In this document: piece after piece, positions 39,648-53,669 of the stretch
Position numbering within the stretch: position 1 is the first letter of the stretch
How the letters are laid out: every line of letters begins with the position of its first letter
Assembly: GCF_009914755.1 (NCBI RefSeq)
Contig: NC_060935.1
DNA length: 64,000 nt
DNA from: the human T2T-CHM13v2.0 reference genome, Homo sapiens
Direction: 5' to 3' (one strand)
The notes under the pieces: model-generated
The model's input: the letters and a program-made list of their open reading frames with translations, nothing else
Database searches by the model: none
What the model was told of the DNA's origin: nothing
Translations under genes and position numbers: made by a program

Positions 39648-39906
39648 GGAGTTTATGGTAGAGATGACGGACCTGAATATTCCCACACTAGGAAACAACA
39701 CAGGCCAGGCTCTAACAACAAGCAGAACTGAACTGTCTCTGGAGTGAGGATGCGGAAAGTGAAGGTGAGGACTCCAGTGGTCAGGGAAGTCCTCTGGGAG
39801 CCAGGTGTGGAAGAATGGGTAGGAAGTTAAGAAAAACAGACACCACCTCTAAAACACAATGAGAAGCAAATGGTGACAATGGGGAAGATGTAGTTGAAAA
39901 ACAATG

Positions 39907-40134
39907 GGCCAGGCGTGGTGGCTCATGCCTGTAATCCCGGCACTTTGAGAGGCTGAGGCGGGTGGATCATGAGGTCAAGAAATCGAGATCATCCTGGCCA
40001 GCATGGTGAAACCCCCTCTCTACTAAAAATACAAAAATTAGCTGGGTGTGGTGGCACGCGCCTATAGTCCCACCTACTCAGGAGGCTGAGGCAGGTGACA
40101 GAACAAGACTCTGTCTCAAAGATAAAAAAAAAAG
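39907..40134 (+). mobile_element. AluSc with an internal right-arm deletion
   Basis: ggatcatgaggtcaagaaatcgag (Sc); gaggcagg|tgacag junction; TSD gaaaa(a)caatg on both sides. Confidence 0.92.
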
Positions 40135-40436
40135 GAAAACAATGAACGTGGGTATCTGATAGACTTGGCTTGAACTTCATCTTTACTACTTCCTTGAACT
40201 CATGCTGATATTCATGTTTAAAGGTAACTGTTTAGGAAACTGCCTGTAGTGCATTCTATTGAATTGGTTGGGCCATTCTCAGTTAAATCTTCTCATCCTT
40301 ATGAAAGAAGCTATTGGGAATTTAAGGTACAGAGATTGGTATAATTTCAGTCAAATTCTGTTTCTGAAGTGAGTAGTCTCGTACACAGTTTACCTGACAG
40401 CATGGTAGTGATGGTAACAGCTTTGGTGAAGTTTAA

Positions 40437-40846
<410 letters not shown>

Positions 40847-41440
40847 TATTTTTTTTAAGAAGACAATTTTGCATGGTTTTGAACACAGGGTCCAGATAGT
40901 AATCTGCACATTTTATCTTAATAGGCAGACCTTGTTATAAAGCACCTTCTCTAATCCCTCTAATCCTTAATTACCTTCAAGGCTATATTTAACATTTAAC
41001 TCTACTGCAATCTCTCCATTGTTTCTGCACCAAACTCAGGAACACTGCTGCATGCTCATTTTCTTGACTTTGGACTACAATACCGTCTGAGTTTTCTGCT
41101 TTAGAGAAATGAATGAAAATTCAGACCTGGAGATGGTTGGAGCCAGGACATTCAGTGAAGTCTAATGGTTGTGTTCAGGGTGAGGTTTTGTGGAAAGCCC
41201 TTGCTGATGGGAATATAGGTTGCAGATTCACATCCCCTTACCCCATGCCTAACCCAGACCTTATGCAAGTTGGGGTCACCAGCCATTGGCAATGTTTCTA
41301 TTTGGAGGACCACAGCAAGCTTTGTTGGATGACATTCTCTCTACCCGTGGTTTTGGAGTAAAGAAAGGTGAAAAGGCCCCTAGAATGTTTTCCTTTTCCA
41401 TTCTCACCTCCAACTCCGGTAATCACCAGCACAGCAGGAA

Positions 41441-41727
<287 letters not shown>

Positions 41728-41942
41728 GGGAACTTTATCTGGAGATTTTAAGCCCTGGAAGTTCCATCATGCCACTTTAAAGGGCTCTGGACATCTGTTG
41801 GTTAAACACTTGAGATATCTGGTTTGTGCTGACTCTCGTTGTCTCTCTGCTCTCCTTAGCTTAGATGCCTGGATGTAGTCATGTATTCTGCAATGCAGAG
41901 TGATGCATTCTGTGATGCAGTCCCAAGATTCTTCCTGGGTTT

Positions 41943-42347
41943 TGTGGCAGATGCTGTCAAAGTCCCACCCATATCCCCTGGAACTTACCTGTGTTCCAGC
42001 CAGACTTCCATGGTGAGCACCTAGGATACTTTGCCTGTCAGCTTTCTCTGATTACCAGAGCCCACTCTGTCCCTTACAGCTGGCTGGAAGTGCCAGTGAG
42101 TGAGCAGAAACAGACCCCAGTTTCCTTGATCCTCAAAGGAGACAGGCCTGATGCATGTGTTCTACACTGATCCTAGAGCTTCCCAGCAAGATTGAGCTCC
42201 AGTTGTTACAGCTGTAACCTGTATGCCACCTTACCCTATATTGGTTTTCCTTCCACTTCTCCCATCTCCCTTCCCCATTCCACTGCTGATGTTTCCTGGG
42301 ATCGCCTCCCAAACAAACTACTTGCTAGAGGAACTCAAACCAAGACA
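41943..42347 (+). mobile_element. LTR16-like ERVL LTR
   Basis: tgtggcagatgctgtc...gattgagctccagttg...tcctgggatcgcctcccaaacaaactacttgc...aaccaagaca. Confidence 0.78.
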
Positions 42348-42469
42348 GACTCCAATGACTGCATGCCAGCCAGCCACTGTGTGATGTACCCATGGCACTA
42401 CCTGTGTCCTGGAGGGCCACACAGCATAATGATAAGATCACAGCTTCTGGAGCCCTCTGCCCAGGGTTA

Positions 42470-42670
42470 AAAGGCTCAGGGTGGCCATCTGGTAGTTGTG
42501 TGACCATGGACAATTTACTTAACACTCTTTGTGTCTTGTTTCCTCATTTGTAAGATAAAGTAATAGTCCCAGTCTCATAGCATTGTTGTGAATATTAATT
42601 GAAATATCCCATTAGCACTCATAATAATGTCTGGCATATAGTAAACCATGCATATAACAAGTATTACCAT
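42470..42670 (+). mobile_element. MIR SINE
   Basis: tgtgtgaccatggacaatttacttaac...tttcctcatttgtaaga. Confidence 0.75.
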
Positions 42671-42823
42671 GATTATCTCCATCGATGGTACCACCCTTCC
42701 CACAGCTCTTCAATTCAGCAATGTCAAGGTTGTTCTTAACACCTCTCTCTCTCCTGCAAGCTGCATAACCAAGTCTAGTCAAGCCTGTTTTCTCAATATT
42801 TCTCACATTCACCTGATACTCTC

Positions 42824-43535
42824 TGATATAGTTTGGAAACGTGTCTTCACCTGAATCTCATGGTGAATTGTAATTTCTAGTATTGGAGGTGGGAGGTGAT
42901 AGGATCATGGGAGTGGATTTCTCTTGAATGGTTTAGTAGCATCTTCATGATAGCGAATGACTTCTCATGAGATCTGGTTGTTTAGAAGTGTGGTACCTCC
43001 CCAACCCCAAGTTGCTCCTGCTTTTGCCATGTGATGTGCCTGCTCCCTCTTTGCCTTCCACCATACTTGGAAGCTTTCGGAGGCCTCTACAGAAGCAGAT
43101 GCTGCTACACTTCCTGTACAGCTTGCAGAAACATGAGCCAATTAAACCTCTTTTCTTATAAATACCCAGTACCAGGTATTTATTTTTTTCTTTTTTCTTT
43201 CCTTCTTTCTTTCTTTTTTTTTTTTTTTTTTGAGATGGAGTCTCACTCTGTTATCTAGGCTGGAGTGCAGCAGTGTGATCTCGGCTCACTGCAGCCTTGA
43301 CCTCCTACCTCAGCCTTCTGAGTAGTTGGGACTACAGGTGGACGCCATAACATCAGGCTAATTTTTGTATTTTTAGTAGAGACAAGGTTTCGCCATGTTG
43401 GCCAGGCTGGTCTTGAACTCCTGACCTCAAGCGATCTGCCCACCTCAGCCTCCCAAAGTGCTGGAATTACAGGAGTGAGCCAACACGCCTAGCTTCAGGT
43501 ATTTCTTTACAGCAATGCAAGAACGGCATAACATA
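42824..43535 (+). mobile_element. MST (A-like) solo LTR with a nested Alu
   Basis: tgatatagtttgg start; gagccaattaaacctcttttcttataaa; 5-bp TSD ctctc (42819-42823, 43536-43540). Confidence 0.88.
43182..43494 (-). mobile_element. Alu (J/S) with a small right-arm deletion
   Basis: TSD caggtattt (43173-43181, 43496-43504); about 20 bp missing after gacctcct. Confidence 0.9.
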
Positions 43536-44254
43536 CTCTCCTTACCTTCTGCTGCTACCTGAGCTCTCTCCTGGATTGCAGTGACAGCCTCCTAGCTGAT
43601 CTCTTTACCTCCACAGTGTCCTCTAATCAGTCATTCTCCACGCTGCAACCCGAGTGATCATTCTGAAAAGTAGATCTCCTCATGCCACTTTTCTTCCTAA
43701 ACCCATTCAAAGACTTCCCGTTTCCCAGAGGAGAAATTCCAAGCACCTCCCCTTGACATAAAGGACCCCATTAGACCCTCCTTGACCTGACCCCTGCTGG
43801 TCCCTTCAGTCCTACCTCTACTTAGTCTACCTTGCACATACATCTAGTCACATTCAACTGCTTCCAGCTTCTCACACACACCAGGCCGTTTCACATGTTT
43901 GTGTCTTTGTTCCTCTTGGTTGTGCTGCCTGTAATACATTTTCCATCTTTATTCATTTGGACACAATTTATTTTCTGAACTCAGTTTAGATGTCTCCTCC
44001 TCCAAAAAGCCTTCCCTAGATGCCCAGGCTGGGTCTAGTGATCCTCCCCTCTGCACCTGTAACACTTTGTACCCTCTGAAATTGCCACTTACCACTCCAT
44101 AAAAATATTAACTATTTGTCTCTCCAGGTAGATGGAAAACTCGTAAGACAGAATCTGAGTCTAATTTGTCTTTGTATCTCCAGAATCCAGCCCAGTATTT
44201 GGCATGTAATCTGTGTTCAATAGATATATTTTTGCAGTGAACTGATACGCACGG

Positions 44255-44661
44255 TGACATGGTTTGGATCTGTGTCCTCGCCAAATCTCATGTTGAAATA
44301 TAATCCCCAGTGTTGGAAGTGGGGCCTGGTGGGAGGTGTTCGGATCATGGGGGCAGATCTCTCATGAATGGCTTAGTGCCATCCTCTTGGTGATGATTGG
44401 GTTCACACGAGATCTAGCTGATAAAAAGTGTGTGGCACCTCCCACTCTCTCTCTTGCTCCTGCTCTGGCCATGTGATATGCCTAATCCTGTTTCTCTTTC
44501 CACCATGAGTTAAAGCTCCCTGAGGCCTCCCCAGAAGCCAAGCAGGTGCCAATGTCAGGGTTGTACAGCCTGCAGAGCTGTGAGCCAATTAAATGTCTTT
44601 TGTTTACAAATTACTCAGTCTCAAGTATTTCTTTATAGCAGTGCAAGAATGGATGAACACA
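44255..44661 (+). mobile_element. MSTA/B solo LTR
   Basis: tgacatggtttggatctgtgtcc...tgagccaattaaa...gaacaca; TSD cacgg/caagg. Confidence 0.9.
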
Positions 44662-46219
44662 CAAGGAGACAGAAAAGCTTGCAGAGAGGGCAGTATATAG
44701 ACAGGGCTTAAAAGTGGCTGCTAAAATGGGACTGGACCGGTGCCTGTGAGCTCAAACACAAGTTCACATACTCTCCTCAAGCAGGCCTAGCATCCACCCC
44801 CCTCCCTAGGGTTCCAGTTTGGTTCTAAGTAGTTTTTGGCTCACAGCATCTTTTGTTGTTCTCTGCACTGCAGAGATATTTGCTGTCACTTTGTTGTCAG
44901 ACCCAGGAAACGTTGTCTGGCTCCCAGAGGTCAGTGACTCATGGACTCACGGTAGACACACAGATTGTTTGTGAGCTAGGGCTTGCTGGAGAGTATCTGG
45001 ATAAACAAGAGAAACCCAAATCAGGCTGTCTCTCTGCCTGCTGAGCGCACTGTTTATTGTTCCAGCCTCAGTGTTTGGAAATGTAAACCTCCAGCTGACT
45101 TTTCACTCCTCTGGCTTCACCACAGAGTTCAGAAATCCACTGTGGCCACAAAGGCTGTTTTGGAAGAGCTTTCTCTCTTTAGCTGTCTCTGCAGTTTTAG
45201 GATGCTGGAAGCCATTTGCTTTTCTGATTTAAGAACATTTTTCCTGGAGTGAGGGAGGGAAAGTCCAGGGTCTGATTGGTGAGGCTGCAGGGGTGGAACT
45301 GGGTCACCTGGACCTGGGATGCCTGCAACTTGTGGGCTGGCTGGTTAAACCATGAGAGGGGACAGGCCCCCCTCTCTCAGGTATGGTCCTGGCCTTTAGT
45401 CCTGGTCTTTCCCACAACTAGGGCCCTTACCTGATTGTTGGTGCCAGCTCAGACCCTGGGAGTCTGGTATTATGGTTTCTCATTTCCAGAAATGTTTCTT
45501 TGGGGTCATTGGTGTCAGGTATGGGGAGATAAAGTATGGCTCCTTTTCTTAGGAATTCATAGTCTAGTTGGAAAGAGAGAGAAAATAATGAGTAGTGGTC
45601 AATGCCCTAACAAGGCTAGGAGAAGATTCCTCGAGAGCACAAAGGGGACAGAGTAACTTAGCTTGTCTGGGGAGGTGGGTGACTTGGACCAAATCCTAAA
45701 GTAGGAGCAGGAATTCCCCAGGAGGGCAAACCCTCTATGGTGCCAACCATCCAGCTTACATTGGCACTCACTAAACAGCAGCTATCCACCCCCAGTAATA
45801 CTCAGCAACGCTTACGAGGTGAGAATTTCCCTATTATTCCTTCACCTGCAACTCAAAGCATTCATAGTCCACCAAAATTACTTTCTCTTTCTTCACTATT
45901 TTAACTGCAGACAAGATGCAGTCTGGATCAGAGTTTAAGTTGGTCCTCAGCTTTTAACACATCAGATCCATCATTAGTAAGGACTAGAATTTTACCCAGA
46001 AGCTGCCAGGCCCAATAGTCTCTGATACAAAAGCTGCATTTTTTCTCCTGACTCCTGAAGGCTGGAACATCAGCAGGGCTGGAGATAGAAAACAGGAGCC
46101 CGACATTTTAAAAACCTTTGCAGCATGGTGGAGCTGCTCTTTAAATACCGAAATGCACATGCTTAAAGACTAGAAGCCGTGGCTGCATGCAGACTGTGTC
46201 AGAAGGAGCTGGAAAAGCC

Positions 46220-46490
46220 AACCCGGGCTGTAATTAACAGGATCTGTAATTGTGGCATAAATAAGAGCCCAGGCACTGACAACTATTGTTATTGAAATGT
46301 CATGTTTTGAATGCAAAAATACAGTTAAAATGTAGGGAAGCTGAGTGATATTAATGTATGCAAATACGCTTTAATTAAAGCTCAGCAACCACTGGCTTAA
46401 AGAACTTGATTTAAATACTTAAGCAAATATTATAATGGCTCCTATGACAGGTGACATAAATGGTAAATGACACTGCAAACACTACCAGGA
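46220..46490. promoter_or_regulatory. Candidate developmental enhancer (POU/HD/TALE/SOX motifs)
   Basis: Octamer ATGCAAAT, TAATTA palindrome, TGACAG and CATAAA sites in unique sequence. Confidence 0.4.
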
Positions 46491-47554
46491 AATATCTACT
46501 CCCAGACCTCTTTACGTGTATGATGTTGGCTGAAGAAAAGCAGAAGTTCCCAGCGTGGGAATTCTCCAAACTGATCTCTGGGATATCTGGGGTTTGTGGG
46601 AACTTGGGCCCTGGGTATTAAGGCCTCTTGAGGGCAGGTCTAAGAGGGTATGAATGGAGCAATGACCACACTTGACTGAAATGACCTGTTGACCAGCTGC
46701 CTCCTCTATCAGACCTTTAGCTATCTGAGGGTGGCACTTATGTTGATTATCCTCACTGATTCATAGTTCTTTTCCTAGCCCCTGGCTCTGTGCCCTGCAC
46801 ATGGTTATATAGTGCTCACTATATATTTGTCGAGATGAACTTTTCTGTATTTTTACCCCTGGAACAATATTTAGTGAGGAAATTTGACAACCGCTGATGG
46901 ATCTCAAGGTCCATGCCCTCTCTGGCACCTTGACAATGCTGCTTCTTAAATGTACAGCCAGTCTCTATGTCTCTGTCTCTCCTCTGGCTGGAATCCCAGC
47001 AGTCTACCTTCTCGGCAAAGAGAACAAATCAGTGTTGCACCTTCCAGTGGAGGATGTGCGCTCATTAACGGATGTCTTAATTACATATAAATTGGTAAGG
47101 GCAGGTCTTGAGAGGTCTGGGTTCTTGCTGTGACATTCAGTATTGTGAAATTCAGAAATGCTTATGGGAAGTAGTACAGATTATTTTCTAGTAAGCAAGG
47201 ATCATTTTAATGAGGGTAGAAGAAGTTCAAACAAATAAATGTTTAGAGTTGCCGGAAGATGTGGAAATAGAGACTCAATCTGTACAATTTACTAATTCAT
47301 CATGCTAAAGATATTATAAATATGCAGTGAGTCTTGTAAGATAAAAGATATATAGTAATTTTGTGTCATATTCAGAGTGGGATAAGAGAAACCATGCCTT
47401 GGAGAAGATAATCTTTTGTGATCACACCTTTTCTTCAGTGATTTTTTCAAAGACAAAATAATGTAGAGCTACATGAATGGTCCTAACCTACTGTAGATGG
47501 ATTTAGTAGCTGTTAGTGGTCATTGTTAATGGTCATTAGCAGAGAGTTGATATA

Positions 47555-47735
47555 ATTTATTGAGTACTTACCATACACTAGGCATTTAGCTGACACCACT
47601 TCATTTTATCTCCATAACAACTCGGCATGGTAGATGTTATTATTCCCTTGTAATTAATTAAAAAACAAACTGTAGGTCAAAAGATTAGGTAACTTTTCAA
47701 GGTCTTACAGCTAGTACATAGTAAAGACAGGTTTA
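47555..47735 (-). mobile_element. MIR SINE (continues at ~49805-49835)
   Basis: atttattgagtacttacc...caaggtcttacagctagt; agggtttgaactcaagactgacc resumes after the L1. Confidence 0.7.
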
Positions 47736-47744
47736 AAAAAAAAA

Positions 47745-49790
47745 CAGCTCCACCTGATAATCTCTGTCTTCCAATTGGTTTGTTTAGACCACTTATAGTT
47801 AATTTAATTATTGATATGGTGGGATTGAGGTTTACCATTTTATTATTCATTTTTGTTTGTTCCTTCTATTTTCTGTTCCCTTATTACCTCTGTAATTACT
47901 TCTTTTGAATTATTTGATTAAGTATTCCATTTTAACTTATCTGCTGGCTTTTTGACTATTTCTCTTTGAATTATTTTTAATGATTACTCTAAGGATTACA
48001 ATATATATACCTAACCTTGCACAGTCTATTTAGAGTTAATATGTTATGACTCCAAGTAAAATGGAGAAAACTTAGAAACACACTGCTCTCTTTATCCTCT
48101 CATCCTCTCACTTTATGTTAAAGTTGTTATATATATGTATCATCTACATACATTGAAAATCCCACCAATGTTATAATTTCTGCTTTCAACAAGCACATGT
48201 TTTAAAGGCATTAAGAGATGACAAATAATGTTTTATATTTATCCAGGTATTTACCATTTCTGTTGCTCTTCTTTCTTTCCTAAAGATACAAGTTTTTCTC
48301 TGTTTCTTTTTCCTCTAGAATTTCCTTTAATATTTCTTTTAGAGCACGTCTGATGGTTATGAATTTGCTCACTTTTTCATTTATCTGAGAATTTCTTTAT
48401 TTCATCTTCATTTATAATGAATATTTTTGCTCACTATAGAGTTCTAGACTGAGAATTATTTTTCTTTTAATGCTTTCAGAGTATAGTCCCATTGCCTTCT
48501 GGCCTTTACAGTTTCTAATGAGAAAACCATGGTATTTCAAATCACTGTCTCCTTATATATAATGTGATGTGTTTCTCTAGCTACTTTCAGAATATTTTTA
48601 ATCTTTGATTTTGAGTAGTTTGACTATCGTATGTCTGGCATATTCTTTAAATTTATCTTTTTTCAGACTTGCCGAGCTTTTGGAAACTGTAAATGTATGT
48701 TTTCCACCAAATTTGGGAAGATTTTACTCATAATTTCTTCAAGTATTCTTTCTCTTCTCCTCATGGGACAACAATGCCCTCTTCATATTATCCCACAAGT
48801 CCCTGAGGATGGTTCTGTTTGTTTTAATTTTTGTCTCTGTTTCTCAGAGACAATTTCTAATGCTATCTTCAAGTCCTATTGAGACTATCTAGTGAACGTT
48901 TTTAAATTTCAGATGTTTTACTTTTTAGTTTTAAATTTTCCACTTGGTTCTTTTTATGGTTTCTGTATCTCTGCTGAAATATAGAAATTGACTGCTGAAA
49001 ACATTTTTCATTCTTTTCAAGTTTTCTTCAAACCTCATACAAGATGGTTATAATATCTGCTTTAAAGTCTGTGTCTGATAATCTCTAGGTTAGCATTTTA
49101 TGATTGTCTTTATCCCTTGAGATTTGTCACATTTTCCTGCTCCTTTGTATGCAAGTAATTTTGGATTACATCTTGGATTGTATAAATGCTATGTTGTGCA
49201 TACTCTGTATTCTATTAAAATCCTCTAAAGAACCTTGATTTTTGTTGTTATTTTAGTCTGAACAAGTTGGGGTCAGATTGTAAGTTTTGTCTTACCTTCT
49301 GTGAGTAATGATACACGTCTCCATTCGGTTCTCAAAACCTTTGCTAGGCCGCTTTCTGTCTCATGCTTGCACAGCTCAGGGGTTCTTTGAACATGTGTCT
49401 GTTATAGATAGAATTAGACGATTTTATTCTCCAGGGTTTTCTTCTATGACATTTCTCTCACATTTTCCAGCCTCCAAGAGGACCTCCTTTTCCCAGTTTC
49501 TCTTACCAGAAAAATGGTGTTTCCATCAAAGTTTTGGCTGCAAGTGCCACCATGGGGTACCTCTCCATGTGTGCAGCTGTGCTCAGGTCAATGTGGTGAG
49601 AGAGAAAGCAGGGTAGGGAGCCTCAGGAAGTCACTCCCATATGGCTTGCTGCTCTAGGTGTTAACAAGCCTTCACAATCTGTTTGTTTTGTTTACTTTCA
49701 GAGTCTTAGGATAGTTGCTTTTTCTATTTTGTCTAGAGTTTTGAGTTGTAATTAGTGGGAGGGATTTACTGGGCTTACTCAACCTTGTAA
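47745..49790 (-). mobile_element. Old L1M fragment (5' UTR/ORF1/inter-ORF region)
   Basis: T-rich strand with ctgataatctctgtc...tttagaccacttata...ttaattattgatatgg and aatttgggaag...ataatttcttcaagtatt motifs. Confidence 0.72.
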
Positions 49791-50639
49791 TGTCCTTACT
49801 GTAAATGTAGGGTTTGAACTCAAGACTGACCATAAGACTTCTGTTTTTGTTGTTTTTTGTTTTGCCATGCATCACACAACTTTTGCTTCTTATGCTCTTA
49901 AATACATGACCATCAAATTGGCCATAAAATTATCCATGAATCTGCCTCTGCCTTCCCCACAGCTGCACATGGTGTTTCTGATTCAGTGAAGAAGGTAAAG
50001 CCAGCAGAAGTGAGCAGTTAGTTTATCTTTATGGAAAAAAAAACCTTAATTACAGGATGATCTGCCCACTTAATCAACACTTGGCCTCTTCTATGGAGAG
50101 AAACTCTTTCCCCCTACTCACTCCAAGTTAAATAAAATTGTCCTGACAATCCTTGATTAGTTTTTGTGTCATGCCTATGGCCAGAGTCTGGGAGAACCTG
50201 AGGAAAAAAGAAAGAAAAAAGAGAAAGTAGAGAAACTGCAGAACAGAGTACAAACAAAACCTTCCTTTCAGATCTCGTTCTGTAAAAGGAGCACAAGAGA
50301 TGCAAATGAGGTAAATTCCCCCAAGAGAAATGAATTTAATTATAGAACAATCCCTGTCACACCCCCTCCAAAATCTGAAAAATAATTAATACCAATATAC
50401 TGAGACTCAAATGCACATGTGCGAAATATGGGGCTGTGGAAGACAGATGAGTGAGCACGAGAGAGGAGAGGGTCCTACATATTTATAGTCCGAGTTTCAT
50501 GGCAAGGCTCCATTTTGTGTGTGAGTGTGTACTTGTGTGTGTGTGTGGGATTTTTTTTCCTCTCACAATTCCATACAGAATAGTTCTGAACTACACATAT
50601 TTTACTGTTTCAATTAGCAAAGATTAGTATTTGTTTTTC

Positions 50640-50985
50640 TTTCTTTCTAAGCACTGAGGCAGTAATTATGCCCACGATGAGAGAGTTTTGTGGGGCACTT
50701 TCTCATTTGCAGGCATTCCCTGAACAAAATACAATAATAAGCCATAATGAAATAAAGTTGGTTCATTGGAGAGGACTGGCCTCTCCAAACAGACAGGCCA
50801 TGAAAGGTAGATTGTGAAAGAGGATTAGCAAGCAACCGTCATAAATGTATCATCAGGCAAATTAGCAAAGCATTTACTACTCAATGGTGGGAGAAAGTCC
50901 TTTCCAATAACTTTCCCTAATGCCACCATAATTGGGGAAATATCTGCCTGCACAGCTGTGCGGCTCATTATCTGATCGGGTACTC
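50640..50985. promoter_or_regulatory. Candidate developmental enhancer
   Basis: Repeat-free; TAATTA, GGATTA, GTCATAAA, TAATTG and CAGCTG motifs. Confidence 0.33.
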
Positions 50986-51329
50986 AGCTCTGCTATACAG
51001 GACTAGGCACTTGCTGTAGAAAGGATTTCCGTGGGGCCCTGATTAGGTGTGAGCATCCCAGATAGCTGTGCACTCCTTACCCCCATGGCTCTCAGGGCGC
51101 TACGAAGTTTATAGTGGAAAGTGGAAAGGAGTGTGGTTAAGAGTTATCTCCTTTAGGGGTATGTTTACAGAGCTTTCAGAAGCCAGCTTATTTGTTTTTT
51201 GAGATCTGGAGAATATAGCTTATCTGTGAGGAGTAAGGTTTGCGGATACACTTTTTTGTTAATCTGCAAATAGTTAGACAATTATTATTACCTGTAGATA
51301 ATAATCTACATTCCTCTTTACAGTCTATA

Positions 51330-51500
51330 AAGTACTTCCACAGGCATCCATTCATTTGATCTTTACAGCAATATTGGGGGTAGATGATGATTATTCTCAT
51401 TTTACAGCCTGATAAGCTAAAGTTCCCACAGGAATAAGAAACTTATTTGAGATTAAACAGTGAGTTAAATGGCAGAGTCTGGGATTTTTAACTCTTGCTC
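51330..51500 (-). mobile_element. MIR SINE
   Basis: attcatttgatctttacagc...ctcattttacag...aaatggcagagtctggga. Confidence 0.65.
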
Positions 51501-51828
51501 TTTCCATAGCTGAAAACACACCTGTTAGCAGCATCCTATCCATTGCTCAGCTTGTCTGGCAGAGTGAAGATTTGTGCAGGTCATGTTGCCTCCACAGCCT
51601 GCAAGCTCCAGCCAGTTGATGACTGAACACTTCTCCCCTCCTGTACCACACCCAGCACCTACCCTGGTTCTTGTGTTTTCACTTAGAGGATCTGTCATGA
51701 ATATGGATTGATTTAAGACTGGTATGTAGGATGGAAATCAGGGCCACCAATATTGAGTACAGTGCCTGTACATGGTAGGTTCTCTATATTTGAGGAATGA
51801 ATGAATAAACTTATTAAAAAGCAGCCAC

Positions 51829-52349
<521 letters not shown>

Positions 52350-53152
52350 TTAAGAAAAAGATGTTGGGAGTAGCCCCTCCATACCTGGTGTGGCCACCTG
52401 TAACTCCTTCAGTTTTGGACCTAGATGTCTTAGAAGTGATCTCAGATCAATGTTCTCATGTCCACTTCTGGTCTCCAGTATCTTGATGTCCTGAGTGCTA
52501 ATTTGTCTGCTGGTGCAGTGACAGATTTAAAAACAAAGACCCCAAGAAATAAGGGCCATGGAAACTCCACTAGAAGGCACTTGGATTCCGTTCATTCTTT
52601 CCCTGTTTATGAAGAAAGGAGTCAAAGGCTGTTCCCCCAGGTATTCTAGGATTTTTATTTACCCGAGTGAAACCTTAAGTCTCTGAGACATCCTGAACTT
52701 TGGTAATTTACTGGGAATAAGACCTTAAGAGGCCAAGAAATTTTCTACAGCTGCTGTGAACAGGTTTCATTTAAAAATACAAGAACTTCTTGGCCACATA
52801 GTATCAAAATAATGAACATTGCCTACAAATTGCTAGCTTAACCAGGTTTCCTGAATAACCTGGGGCCTCAGCCTAGGTGGGTCCACAACCCAGGACAATA
52901 GACCCAACCATGCCCCCTGCTCCTTGTTTCCACAGCTCTACAGCCCTCTCAGCTATTGTCTTATGCCTTCTTCTCAACCTCTGCCTACTGATTCCCAGTC
53001 ACAGTCTTTTCTAGCGCTTTCCATTGTTCACTCTGGAGCCTTCATTCAGTCCTAATTCCCTATATTTTTGGGATCTTTTCTCTATCTTCTGGCCATAACT
53101 AAAATGTGGTTCCTCCCCTGAAGATGCTGCTATCTTTCCACTGCATGGATCC

Positions 53153-53508
53153 TGTGGTGGTTTGAATGTTTGTATTTTTCCAAAATTAATGTTGAAAATT
53201 AATTCTCAATGCAATAGTATTAAAAGGTGGCACCTTTAAGAAGTGACTGGGTCATGAGGTTTCCACTCTCGTGGATGGGATTAGTGCCCTTATAAAAGGG
53301 CTTGAGAGTCTGTTTGGCCCTTCCTTTCCTTCCACAATGTGAGGACAGAGCAAGAGGCACCATCTATAAAGTAGAGGGCAAGCACTCACTGGACCGAATT
53401 TGCTGGTGCCTTGATTTTAGACTTTCCAGAACTATAACAAATAAATTTCCATTATTTATAAATTTTCCAGTCTATGGTATTTTGTTACAGCATCCCAAGA
53501 CTGAGACC
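53153..53508 (+). mobile_element. MSTD/MLT1A-like solo LTR
   Basis: tgtggtggtttgaatg...attagtgcccttataaaagggct...aaataaatttcc...ggtattttgttacagca. Confidence 0.82.
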
Positions 53509-53669
53509 CCAGAGGAGGTGTTGACACTCTCTTGGCTTCATCATTGCCATTTTTATTCCCTTATCTCAGGCAATAGCCTCAGTCCTTTGTGGCTGGGGTC
53601 ATGGGACTAAATCACTTTTTATTCTTCCCAAGTGTTTTCGCCTACAGATTTTTACCATCACACAGCGTA

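Larger units (their letters stand above)
42680..44240 (+). mobile_element. L2 3' region interrupted by an MST LTR
   Basis: ctggattgcagtgacagcctcctagctgatctc...gcccagtatttggcatgtaatctgtgttcaataga. Confidence 0.75.

Noticed and set aside
42824-44661. Two same-orientation MST LTRs as one provirus
   Set aside because: Each has its own 5-bp TSD (ctctc; cacgg/caagg), and the spacer is L2 rather than MaLR internal sequence.
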